From Eledone cirrhosa (taxonomy: Eukaryota), in contig OZ024740.1 in assembly GCA_964016885.1 (NCBI GenBank), forward strand, positions 257,176,001 to 257,240,000: 64,000 nt of DNA. Direction: 5' to 3'. Positions 1-11,300 of this stretch are shown here, piece after piece. Position 1 is the first letter of the stretch; each line of letters opens with the position of its first letter. The translations under genes and the position numbers were made by a program. Under the pieces are notes generated by a model. It saw only the letters and a list, made by a program, of their open reading frames with translations. It made no database searches and was not told where the DNA came from.

Positions 1-655
1 TCGCTGGGGTCAGACGTATCTTTTCTTTCGCCCACACGCTCTTGAACTTAAGTTCTCTTATCGCTGTGGTCTTGGATTTTATTACCTTAAGTTGTTCGCA
101 CATTGCTTGGTTTGTTATTTTTTGCGCTGTTTTCTCTTTTCTTCCCTTTCCCCTTCTATTTTCCTTCCCCTCCTTCTCCGTTTTCCCAATAACTTACCCA
201 GTTATCGAACGATCTGGGGGTAGATATTTTGTCTTTAAAGCGTTGAAATATCTGAGACCCCTAGTAGACAACTGATAAGGAAAACTCCTCCCTGTTCTTT
301 CTTTCTTCTTATTCTAATTCAATTTTAAGCTACCTTAACTAGCAACTACACAGCCAATCTTATTCTCCATATATTTTATCATGTTTCTCTGTGACCAGTC
401 TTCTCTCTCCCTCTATCTACCTATTTCTTACCCCTCTTTCTTCCTCTCCCTTTCACTCATCTTCTCTCTGCTAGCCACGTCATTGTTTCCCTCGCCTGAC
501 CCTCTATCAGTCCTCTCCACACTTACACTCGCAGGGGTGAGGCGTGTCTTTTCGCTTGTCTTTAAAGCGTTGAAATATCCGAGACCCCCAATAAACTGAT
601 AAGGAAAACTCGACCCCGTTCTTGCTTTCTTCTTATTCTCATTCCATTTTAAGCT
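1..655 (+). repeat. Partial tandem copies (period about 325 bp) of a short non-coding PLE-pLTR-like family (family F1)
   Basis: TTGTCTTTAAAGCGTTGAAATATC..CTGATAAGGAAAACTC..TTTTAAGCTA occurs at about 229-332 and 556-655. Same motifs as 30703-31161 and 47941-48512. Ends in TATATA. Confidence 0.6.
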
Positions 656-665
656 ATATATATAT

Positions 666-3300
666 ATGGTTAGCAAAGAAGTAACGTTAGAGAAAAATAG
701 AAAGGTGGGACAGCTGGTAGCTAAATTAGACGAGGCTATTTGTAGTGGCATTTCAACTGACGTGCTTGCGGCGAGGATGGCATTAGACCATTTCTTTAAT
801 GTGAAATACGAAGGTTGCATTGTCAAAGCTAAGGCACGTGCTCTGAGAAAAGAGGGAACCAATGCTGTTCGATGGGCCCACGTGGGAGAGGCGAATGTGT
901 GAGGCCTTTCGCCAGCACTTTGTTTCGTTGTAAGTTGGGGGTGGGGGAGTGGTGGGTCGGAGACGGTAGTGAACTTCTGTCTATCTCTGGAAGTCCGATA
1001 ATTTTGGCCGAAATTCGGGACGCCATAGTCGCCTGCACGAGGCGCAAGTCACCCGTTTTGGATGGTGTGCCCTACGAACTTTACATATATATGCCAGACT
1101 TGTTCTCCAAGACTCTCGAAGCGCTGTACTATAACTGGCAGCAGAACAAGTGTATTTCCAGTATTGTGAGTCGGGTATAGTGACGCTGATAAGGAAAGAC
1201 GAGAACAAGCGGGATACATTAGATAACTTCAGGCCCATAACTCTGATCAACATAGAGTTTAAGATTTTGGCCAAGGTTTTAGCGAAGAGGTTAGCAAACA
1301 TGCGCAATCCCGATCAGATCGATACACAACAACCTCCACCTTATGCGAGGGTGTGAACCTGGCTTCGGTGGGGCTCTGATCGATTTAGACCAATAGCTTT
1401 CGATAGGGTCGACCATCGATACATAGAGGTTTTCCTCAAGGCAGCTGGCTTCAAGGTCCTGTCTTCAGAGGCTGGATAACTACAATGCACAACGGCATCT
1501 ACTCGGTGGTCAAAGTTAATGGCCACTTTTCGGAACCGTTTCAGATCTCCCGACGATCCGTCAAGGGAGCCCTCTCTCCTTCCTTCTGTACGTATTGACT
1601 CTCGAGCCTTTATTGTGGAAGCTGGAGCTGTTGCAGATCATCCCGCTCGAACCGGGACGCGGAAAGGCTGTCTCGGCTTATTAGGACGACGTCACCGTGA
1701 TGGTGTCGGACACCTCAGAAATCGAGGTGGTCGTCACCTTATTGAAGGAATATGAAATGTTGACGGGACCGAAACTTAACCCGGAAAAGTTGGTGAGCTT
1801 GAATCTCGGCACCTGGAGAAGCAAATCCATACCGACCGGTAAAGTTGCTTGGGATTCGGTTCTGACCAGACTTTCAAGTGGATAAGAACTGGAACGAGGT
1901 GAGGATCAGGGTAGCCACTCTCACACAGGAATGGGCCGCAAGGAAGCTGTCCTTGAAAGGATGGGCGGACGTTGCGAACGCTTACATGGCATCCGTCATC
2001 TACTACCTTCTGTTCGTCGTGCCTTGTCCCCGTTCGCGTCTCGCCAATTTGGAATAGCTCATCTTCAGCTTACTGTGGAGGGACAGGTTCCATTGGTGAG
2101 GCGGTACATTTTCTGCTAGCACTCTCTATGCGGAGGGCTGAGCATGCCGTGGCTATTGGTGCGCAACCATGACTGAGGCTGCGGCATCTCCAGATATTCT
2201 GCCTAAACGCTGAACAGGTGTGGTCGCCGTTTGTCAGACAGGCCTTTCCGCAGCTTGTCTCTTTGACAAAGCTACAGTCCTGGGTCAAGAAGTGACCGAG
2301 ACTTGGTGTCTGGCATCTGGAATGTTGCCAGGCACTCACTGATGACCTCTACCAAGCGGGCAATGCGGTCAGTGGAACTTCCACTCTCGAGTGCTATAGA
2401 GGATCATTGGTGGGTAAACAGCGACGACGCACTCAGAGAGCCACTGGGCGTCGACCAAGTCTAACTGACCAATCTGTTCCGAAGGACGTTCGACTTGGGG
2501 ACGGTGGATAACTGCCAGAAATACCTCACTTGGTAGTCCTACCGGGGGAACTGCCGGTTCGAGATAAACTATTCCGGCACGGAAGTCTGGTCAGACGGAC
2601 CTGCCGAATATGCATGCAGAGTGACGAAACCGTTCTGCACGCACTTGCCCAGTGCCCGTGCATTACTGTCTTGTGGAGTTATGTCGAACAGCTGTTCTCA
2701 CGTAAAGAAAGGATCCGGCTATCAGTCGTGTATACAGTGAAGATCGATCGACCCACCCACTTCTTTTGGTCAGGATGGGCAGGCAATTTTCTTCTGTCTG
2801 GCGGCAATAACAAAAGAGGCTTTATGGAGGACCTGGTTGAAAAGACTGAAGACAGACACTTTTCTCTTCGGCCAAACCTTCATCAACTTCTTCAAATTTC
2901 ACTGAAGGTGGGGGTAGAGAGAGAAATGCTGCCCCCCCCCAGTACTTTTGCTGAAAGGTGGGTGAATGTGGGGAGAATGGCCCATGTGAGTGGGCCTACT
3001 CTGATCATGCGCCTGAAGGCTGGCGAATTTGAGTAGGAGAGGGATGCCCTTACCGAGTGCCCTAGAAGCGTCGGGTGGTTCAGGATTGGTGGGGTACCTG
3101 AGTCAACCCTGGGTGGTTATGCCTCCTATTGGGGGAATTTTCATTGTTGTACTTTTCTTTTTATTTTGTTATTGTTATTTATATTTTGTACACATTGTAT
3201 ATGTACCCCCCCCCCCCCCCCCCCCAACTGTCCCTGTCTATTGCATTGTCCCCCATATATCGGCCCTTGTGGCTAATAAATGAAACAATTGTTATTATTA
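666..3300 (+). mobile_element. Decayed, 5'-truncated L1/Tx1-clade LINE (ORF2 pseudogene plus 3' UTR)
   Basis: Frameshifted fragments KSPVLDGVPYELY, NFRPITLINIEFKILAKVLAKRL, AFDRVDH and C-terminal TCRICMQSDETVLHALAQC are collinear with ORF 57517-60630. AATAAA and an ATT-rich tail at about 3275-3310. Confidence 0.92.
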
Positions 3301-3320
3301 TCATTATTATTTTTTCATAT

Positions 3321-3520
3321 AAGGGCGGTGGATTAGCAGAATCGTTACTGCGTCAGACACCATGCTTTGCAGCATAGAGTTACGGCTCTTTACGTAACTT
3401 TGCCTTATATCCTTACGGGATCGATGAAATAAAGCACCAGTAACGTACTGGGGTCGATTTAATCGACTTTTCCCTCCCCCCAAATTACTGGCCTTGTGGT
3501 TATACTAGAAATCATTATTA
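3321..3520 (+). mobile_element. SINE (probably tRNA-derived, cephalopod-type), internally deleted
   Basis: GGCGGTGGATTAGCAGAATCGTTA head, TAACTTTGCCTT..ATCCTTACGGG..CGATGAAATAAAG..CCAGTAA body and GGCCTTGTG..TAGAAA tail, shared with copies at 45450, 51655 and 53400. Confidence 0.8.
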
Positions 3521-3967
3521 ATTTTTCATATATATTTTTTCATAAACTTACTTTTTATATTTTACTTAATCTTTCCTTAGATTTATTTCATTACACTGGA
3601 CTCTTACTTTCTCTACTATATTTAGGAAATCACTTGTGTACACCTTGACCTTCAGGTTATCTTGCACCCCATACATGATACCGCATGCCCCAGTAGCGTC
3701 TCCTTTCCAATAAACATTACTTTTCATTAACCACATTTCACAATCTCTTTCACATACTTACCATCCACTAATTATTTGTGTATATATGTATATGTATTTA
3801 TTCCCACCCCACCCATAATGTTCACTCACAGCAATATAATTATCGTATTATAGTAACTACATAGGGACATAAATACTGCATAATATAAAATATCTATATT
3901 TTATTGTAGTGTAAGAGTAGATTATATCCCATATGAATCCAATATGGAGCAACGCACTGAACCCAGC

Positions 3968-4672
3968 ATTAGATAGGAAGTTAGTCTAGTTTTATTTTGT
4001 TTTAATTTTACTACATTTCATTTTATCCTACAACTCTATCAATAGAATCATTAACATCACTGCTATTAATAATTATCCGGTATACATTGCATCAACGACC
4101 GACTGTAAGGACTTCCCTACTTACACATAAGACGCTTGAGTTTGTCCACGTTCCTAGAGTGCTTGGAAATAATTTTAAAAAAATTTATTTTCAATATACG
4201 AATATACTCGGTACGGTTGATAAGTCTCTGGACGTTGTGTGGACCGGAAAATCATCATCTCAGTTGTTATTGAACGCCAATTTTGCATCATAATGTAACC
4301 TTATTTTGTATCCCATAGGAATCGATATATTGAACAACGTTAGATAGAGATTTAGTCTAGTTCACTTTAATTTAATTTTATTTATTACATTTCAGCTTTT
4401 CTTCAAAGTCATTTGTACAACTCTATCATTAGGATCATTAATATCACTGGTATTAATAATTAATAACTATCTGGTATACGTTACATCACCGGCTGACAGT
4501 AAGGACCTTTCTACCTACACATAGGACGCTTGAGTTTGTCCACGTTCCTTGAATGCTTAAAATATTAAACATCTTCTTATTTTCAATAAAAGAATATACT
4601 CGAAATGGTTGATAAGTCCATGGCTCTTGTAGTGATGTGGAGGTCATCATCTCAGTTGTTATTGAACGCCAA
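3968..4672 (-). repeat. Diverged tandem duplication (about 3968-4281 and 4337-4672) of an unidentified decayed coding-like sequence
   Basis: Shared blocks GACGCTTGAGTTTGTCCACGTTCCT and TCATCATCTCAGTTGTTATTGAACGCCAA. Minus-frame translations align as WRSITTEMM..YQP(F/Y)RVYS(F/Y)IENK..GTWTNSSVLCV. Confidence 0.75.
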
Positions 4673-5224
4673 ACCACGCTCATTTCTTCACTTCACAAAC
4701 ACATATATGGTAGAAATAGACTTATTATTATGACAATAAATAATATATATTTAGTTATTTTCTACATTCAATACTATTTTACCATTTTTTTAATTCTTTA
4801 TTTTTTTTATTTTTTTATGTATACCCTAATAGTTGTTAATTCTACACTTTTTTATGTATACTCATAATTCGCCTTCGGTCATTATATATTTTTAGACGTC
4901 TTAAATTTGACCTCAGTAGAACATATTTTTCTGTAACCTGATATTCTCTTCAGCCACGCCTGACCGGCCATATCATCCACACTTAAATTCTTTACCCGCT
5001 ACCACCATAGCTGGTGTCCGAATTGATTAGAGAGCAGGGTAGTATGTAATCACAGAATGCATACAAGCCCATATACCAAACCAACAAGGCATGCTTTGAC
5101 AGGCATATTTATTTGGCGGCGGTCAGTCGTACTGACAACACCTAATCCATAGGCCACCTCCGAATCAAATATTTTCTCGATTTTCACTATATTCTCTTCT
5201 TGTACCCTCTCGGTTTGTGTTTTC

Positions 5225-5297
5225 CATAATCCCTTTTTGTGTAGCTATTATGCAATATTCATAATCCCTTTTTGTGTAGCTATTATGCAATATTCAT
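5225..5297. repeat. Exact 35-bp tandem duplication
   Basis: CATAATCCCTTTTTGTGTAGCTATTATGCAATATT occurs twice, at 5225 and 5260. Confidence 0.95.
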
Positions 5298-5544
5298 CAT
5301 GTTGTCGGGATTCTACGTAACCTGACCATTGAAATATATATAGTGTTTGCAACAATAACACTTTAAAGGAAATTCACCAATGCGACTTCCTGTCATATAA
5401 TTCAATAATAATTAATTCTGTTCTCGCACCACCAACATGATTCAACATCAAAGAAGGATGAGTTGCTTAACGCCGAGAGCTTTTCCTACTAATACATCAT
5501 GATTATCTATACCGAATGACCAGTTGTGAACCACCTAACTTCAA

Positions 5545-5579
<35 letters not shown>

Positions 5580-5581
<2 letters not shown>

Positions 5582-7233
5582 AGTGAAAACTTGGACGGGA
5601 ACAAAAATAGAGAGGCAGTACAAATAAAAGTTTATTAGGTTCACGCTCTTGAGGGGGGGGGGGCGACGTTTCGGGCATATGCCCTTCATCAGGAGAAAAG
5701 TGGGTAGGAAGAGAGTTCCGAGGGTGGGTGGGGGGGGGGAGTGGTGGAGAGACATTTAGAAAAAAGGGGGGAAGAGAAGGAGAAAAAACGGTGGAAGGGG
5801 TACAAATAAAATAAAAATAAATATTAAAGATAAACAAGTGGAGGAAGGGTGTAAGGCGTGTAGGGGTGGTGGCGGGTGGAGTGGGGAGAGGGAGACGGGG
5901 GTCCGAGCGGGGAGGGCTAAAGGTGGTGTTTGTGTATGTGTGTATGTGTACGTGTGTGTGTGTGCGTGTGTATGTGAATGTGAGAGTTGGGGGAAGAACG
6001 ATGCTCCACGTTCAGGAAAAGGTGTGTGCGTGGGGTGGGGTGTAGGTCGGTGTGTGCGTGCGTGTGGATAGGGAGGGGTCAGAGGGGTGGGGGAGTGGGT
6101 GGATTCCGGAGATTGAGTGTGTATATGTGGGGGTACGTACGTGTTTTGGTGTTTATACATGGTGTGGGTGTAGGTGGCGTGGTTCGAAAAAACATTGTGA
6201 GTGTATGTCCGTGGGTAAGTTCCTAACGTAGTTCCGTGGAGTGTGCTGGATATTTTTCATGTTATGGAGTGGATAGCTGGAACGAAGACCGGTGGTGTGG
6301 AATCCGTGGGCTGTGGTGGTCGGAAGTGGAGAGATGTGGGGTGCGCGCGCAACAGGAAGTGGTCAGAGGGTCAAGGCAGGGTGAAGTGATAGCAGTAGAG
6401 GAGAATGACATAATGACATTGGAGAAATGGTCAGTGTGTGGTGATGACTGTGTGTCTGTGTGTGCGGAGGTGTGGTGGACAGGGGAGAGGATGGGTAGGT
6501 GTGAAAGGTGGAGGGGAAGCTGGTCGTGTGGGGGGGGGGGGTGAATATTAGTAGAGGTGATAGTGGGATGTGTGTGTGTGAAGGGGTGTAGGTGGAGCGG
6601 ACAGAGGGAGAGAAAAGGTGTTGGGGACAGAGGAGGGAGTGTAGTGTACTGGTGTGTGTGTGCATGTTTGGATGAGTGTGTGGTAAAGGGGGTGTTAGTG
6701 GGTGTTAGTATACTGGTGGTGGGGAAAGGGTTGAATGTGGGTGTGTAACTGGGGGTTAGTGGTGGTTGGGTATGTGGAGTGGGTGGTGTGTGTGGGTGTG
6801 AACGTGTGTGTTCGTGTGCGTGGGGTCGGGGGGATGTTAGTGATATTAGTTGTGGGGTGGTTGGAGTAGATGTGTGGTGAGGGTTAGTGGTGGTATTAGG
6901 GTGAGTAGATAGCGTGAGTGCGTGTATATATGTACAGGTGTGTGTGTGTGCGTGATAGGGGAGGGGTGGGGGATGTTAGTATTGTTAGTTGGGGGAGGGG
7001 GGCCGATGGTGGGGCGAGCCAAGAGGGTGGGGCGGTGAATGGGAGGAGTGTATTAGTGGTGTTAGAGCGGGATATGTGTGTATGGGGGGAAAACACGACG
7101 GACGAAGGCTAAAGGAATAGGGGTAGGGAGTTCAGGCCGGGGCGTGTGTGGGTCTGTAGGGTGAAGATGGTGCGTTGTTCGACCGTTAGGCGGGTGGCGG
7201 ATGTTCCGTGGCATCGGAGTAGGCCACAGACTG

Positions 7234-7235
<2 letters not shown>
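5580..7235 (-). mobile_element. 5'-truncated copy of the Neptune-type PLE (GIY-YIG C-terminus, 3' UTR and complete pLTR)
   Basis: Reverse complement matches 25355-26830 and continues into pLTR sequence matching 22200-22351. Flanked by (TA)n on both sides. Confidence 0.9.
5663..5695 (-). ncRNA. Minimal hammerhead ribozyme motif in PLE pLTR
   Basis: Minus strand CTGATGA-A-GGGCATATGCCC-GAAAC-GTC: intact core, stem II GGGC/GCCC, ACGT palindrome in place of stem III. Stem I is weak. Confidence 0.75.
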
Positions 7236-7267
<32 letters not shown>

Positions 7268-7305
7268 GCGCGCGCGCACACACACACATACACGCACATA
7301 TATAT

Positions 7306-7541
7306 ATATTTATATCTATACTTTTAACTGTTGGTCAATCAATGATAAATATTGATTAGCAGTTAAATTAACTATAGGGATATAGAATATACGGAAACGA
7401 AAACCACCCCAAACCAAGCAGTGAGTGTGTTATAATATATATTTCTGGCAATATTATAACAACATGACCCTATAGTTAATTTAACTGCTAATCAATATTT
7501 ATCATTGGTTGACCAACAGTTAAAAATATAGATATAAATAT
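7306..7541. repeat. Fold-back module, arms 7306-7379 / 7468-7541 (family also at about 21750-21820 and 39998-40322)
   Basis: TTTTAACTGTTGGTCAATCAATGATAAATATTGATTAGCAGTTAAATTAACTATAGGG and its near-perfect reverse complement. TA-flanked. Confidence 0.88.
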
Positions 7542-7542
7542 A

Positions 7543-7912
7543 TATTAATATATGTAGAAATAAACACACTAAATTCTGCGTCTAAACTTACGAGGGTAGA
7601 TTATACCACAAATGTGTTATATATTTAAACTGAAGCATACATGTTAAACTGAAGCATAGATATCTTTTGTTTCATTTAATCCTATCTCTCGCTGATGAAA
7701 TGCCTAAAGATTATCTGTTACAAACACAATTTTCAGGGCGAAACAGATCTTTAGTCTGTCCGAGAGATGAAATCGTTATTGATACGGTATGTATAGGAAA
7801 TCTTGTATCTTACTGTATGCTTCAGTTTAAATATATAAAACATTTGTGGTATAATCTACCCTCGTAATTTTAGAGGCAGAATTTACTGTGTTTATTTCTA
7901 CATATATTAATA
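7543..7912 (+). mobile_element. Fold-back non-autonomous PLE-like module (arms 7543-7641 / 7814-7912) enclosing a hammerhead
   Basis: About 100-bp inverted arms visible in the sequence. Hammerhead lies in the spacer. Confidence 0.8.
7684..7768 (+). ncRNA. Full-length type I hammerhead ribozyme
   Basis: Stem I ATCTCTCG/CGAGAGAT, CTGATGA 7692-7698, stem II closed by GCC..GGC, GAAA 7740-7743, stem III ACAGA/TCTGT, predicted GUC cleavage after 7760. Confidence 0.85.
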
Positions 7913-8320
7913 TTATAATGCTCAGTATTTATACTTTGAGCTTGTTAATTGCAGGGTATCTATATGAGTTAATAACTCTATATTTTATTTAATATAAATA
8001 TATATATAATAACTAGAGATTGATTAACATATAAAAATACATGAATAATCACAGGAGATACAAGTTAGACGAGTATTGTACTCAGTAATTTGATTGCCGA
8101 TGTCACGGAATATAGTTGCTGTAAGCGACAATTCCTTAACGACATATACATAACATTTACAGCATTGTGTTACACAATTTCTTCTCGGTGATCAGTCAGT
8201 TTGTAATGATATTTTCTTTATAGCTCATTGGACATTTACAGTAGGTTCTGTAGTATATCAGTCTCTGGTTGACAGTTAATGATTTGTTTCAGATTTATTC
8301 AATTACAGATTTTCCATAGA

Positions 8321-11300
8321 ATGCCTCGAAAAAGCAAGAGTCACGTTGGAAGAAAAACAAGAAATGCTTTTGTTTTGCGTTCTTTGCGCGCAAGCGAGAC
8401 AGAAGAACAACGTATGCTACGGCGTGGTCGCAATGCTGCTTCTACTTCGATCGCCAGAGCATTACAGACAACTGAACAAGCAGAACTCCGGCTCGCTCGC
8501 AATGCTACTTCTATTTCGAAGGCCAGAACATTACAGACTGCTGAACAAACAGAACTCCGGCTTGCTTCCGATGCTGCTTCAATTGCAAATAGCCGTGCTT
8601 TAGAGACTGTTGACCAAAGGGCAACAAGCCTTGTGGCTGATTCTCAACGGAAAATGCGTTCTCATGACTTTCCGATGGTTTCTTCCTGTTACTGGTCTAA
8701 GAAGTCTTTTCATTACAGCCTCCAAGAGGACTACGCCTCCCACCCACATATCATCATTGGTAGGATGTCAACTGTTTGCGTCTATTGTAACGCAATGAGG
8801 TGGCCAGCAGAATCTACCGGTATATGCTACTCCAATGGAACGATTAGATTGCCTCATTTACAAGTCGGTGCCGAATCTTTGAATTCTCTGCTGCTTGGAG
8901 ACCACCCTGATTCTAAACACTTTCTTAGAAATATAAGAGCCTACAATTCGGCTTTCCAAATTACAAGCTTTGGTAATACACCAATGAAACATGGAAAGTA
9001 TATGCCCACATTCAAAGTGCAAGACCAAATTTACAATCAAATAAGCTCCCTATTCCACAAGATGGCGATGAACACAATTTTCTCCAGATTTATTTTATGG
9101 GGAACGGACCTGAAGAAACTGCACGAAGAGCTTCAGTTGCTAAAGGAACAATACCTTTTCTTCTGTAGCCCTTTCAATATATGCTTCATACCATAAACCC
9201 CTACATCACCATTTTCAAAACTGCTTTTCAGCGTAGAGATGCTAACACCAATCAATTGAAGGTTGTCATTCGAGGTGACCACGCTCCACCAGGGCATCAT
9301 CAGGGTTGCTTTAACAGACCCCAAACCGATGAAGTTGCGGTGCTTATAACAAGTCCTAATAGGAGTGATTCAAACCGTGATATTGTTCTTGAATGGCAGG
9401 ACTCGCGTCTTCAAAAAATAAATGAACTTCATCCTGCATATGATGCCCTCCAATATCCATTACTGTTCCCCTTTGGTGATGATGGCTACCGCATTGACTT
9501 ACCAAAGTGTAATCCGGTAACTTTAATGCATCCTCAACGACGGAAAACCATTTCACAAATGGAATTTTATACATTTAGGCTTATGGTTCGCAAAAACGAC
9601 ATCAACATTCTGCATAGAACACGGATGCTCCTCAATCAATACTGTGTAGACGTATTTGCTAAGGTAACTATTTCTTATTTCATGATTTCGTTCAGAAAAT
9701 TTCCTTAGCCAGTTTACTCAATATTTACCACAACAATTTCTTCCTTTTCCAGATTGACACTGAACGCCTCCAATGGATAAGACACCATCAAAAAGAACTG
9801 CGTTCAGAAGAATACGGCCATCTACGTGACGAAGTCAACCGAAATGATCAGGTTATTGCTTCGGATGTTGGGCTTTCTATCATTCTCCCATCGTCATACA
9901 CTGGAGGCTCCCGTTACATGCATGAAAAAATGCAGGATGCTCTGACCTATGTCCGCCATCGTGGCCGTCCTGATCTTTTCATCACCTTCACATGCAATCC
10001 AAAATGGTTTGACATCCAGTCTCACTTACTTCATGGCCAAAATCCTTCACACAGGCATGATATCAAATCTAGAGTATTTCACCTAAAACTTATGAAAATG
10101 ATGGATGTTATAAAATACGGACACCTTTTTGGACCAGTAAGGTGTTTCATGTACACCGTAGAATGGCAGAAGAGAGGGCTCCCACATGCCTATATTCTCC
10201 TTTGGCTTCAAAAAAAGCTCTTGTCAACTGGTGTTGATTCCGTTATAAGTGCTGAATTGCCAAATCCCCAAGACGACCCTGTCTTTTTTCAAATAAAAAA
10301 GCCAACTTGATCCATGGACCGTGAGGCCACCTAAATCCAAAATCTGCATGGATAATGGGAAATGTACAAATCGTTACCCACGTAAACTTATCCATGAAAC
10401 CAAAACTGGTGATGATGGCTACCCTTTATACCATCGCAGGGCACCACAGGAGGGTGGACATACGGCAACTATAACAATGGTTGGTGGTCAATATTTCAAT
10501 ATCGACAACCGATGGGTTGTACCTACATAACAAGGTGCTTTGTAAAATGTTTTCAGCCCACATTAATATTGATTTCTGCAACTCCGTAAAATCAATCCAA
10601 TACATCTGCAAGTATGTTCACAAGGGAGCTGATCGAGCAGTTATTGAGTTGGCTAAGACCGATAACGCTGATGCCGCCACAGATGAAGTCACGTTTTTCC
10701 AAACTGGACGCTACATCTCTTCTAACAAGGCATTTTGACGCATATTCGGTTTTCCGATCCATGAACGTGAACCTGCAGTTATTCACCTCAGCGTTCATTT
10801 GGAGAATGGTCAACAGGTGTATTTTAACCAAGAAAATATGCTTGACTGTGCAAGACAACCTCGAAGAACGACCATTACCGGATTCTTTGAATTTTGTACT
10901 TCTGACTCTCTTGCCAGAACAATTCTGTATACGGAGTTGCCTACATTCTATACGTGGAATAAATCTTCCTGCTGTTGGCAAAGAAGCTAGCGAGGATACA
11001 TTTTACAAAGGGATGCTTCGATGCGTGAGTCTGATTCCCTCTCCAGAGTGTACACAGTTCACCCGCTCAATTCAGAATGCTTTCACCTTTGTCTTCTATT
11101 GCACGTTGTCAAAGGTCCAACTTCCTTTGAAGACCTTCGTACCGTCAATGGCCATATTTGTTCAACATTTAAAGAGGCCTTCTTCAAATTAGGTCTTCTC
11201 GACAATGATCACTATGACCACGCCCTCCATGAAGCATCAATTTTGCAGTCACCAATTGCTCTTCGTAAGCTTTTCGGCGTTATACTGGTGTACTGCAGTC

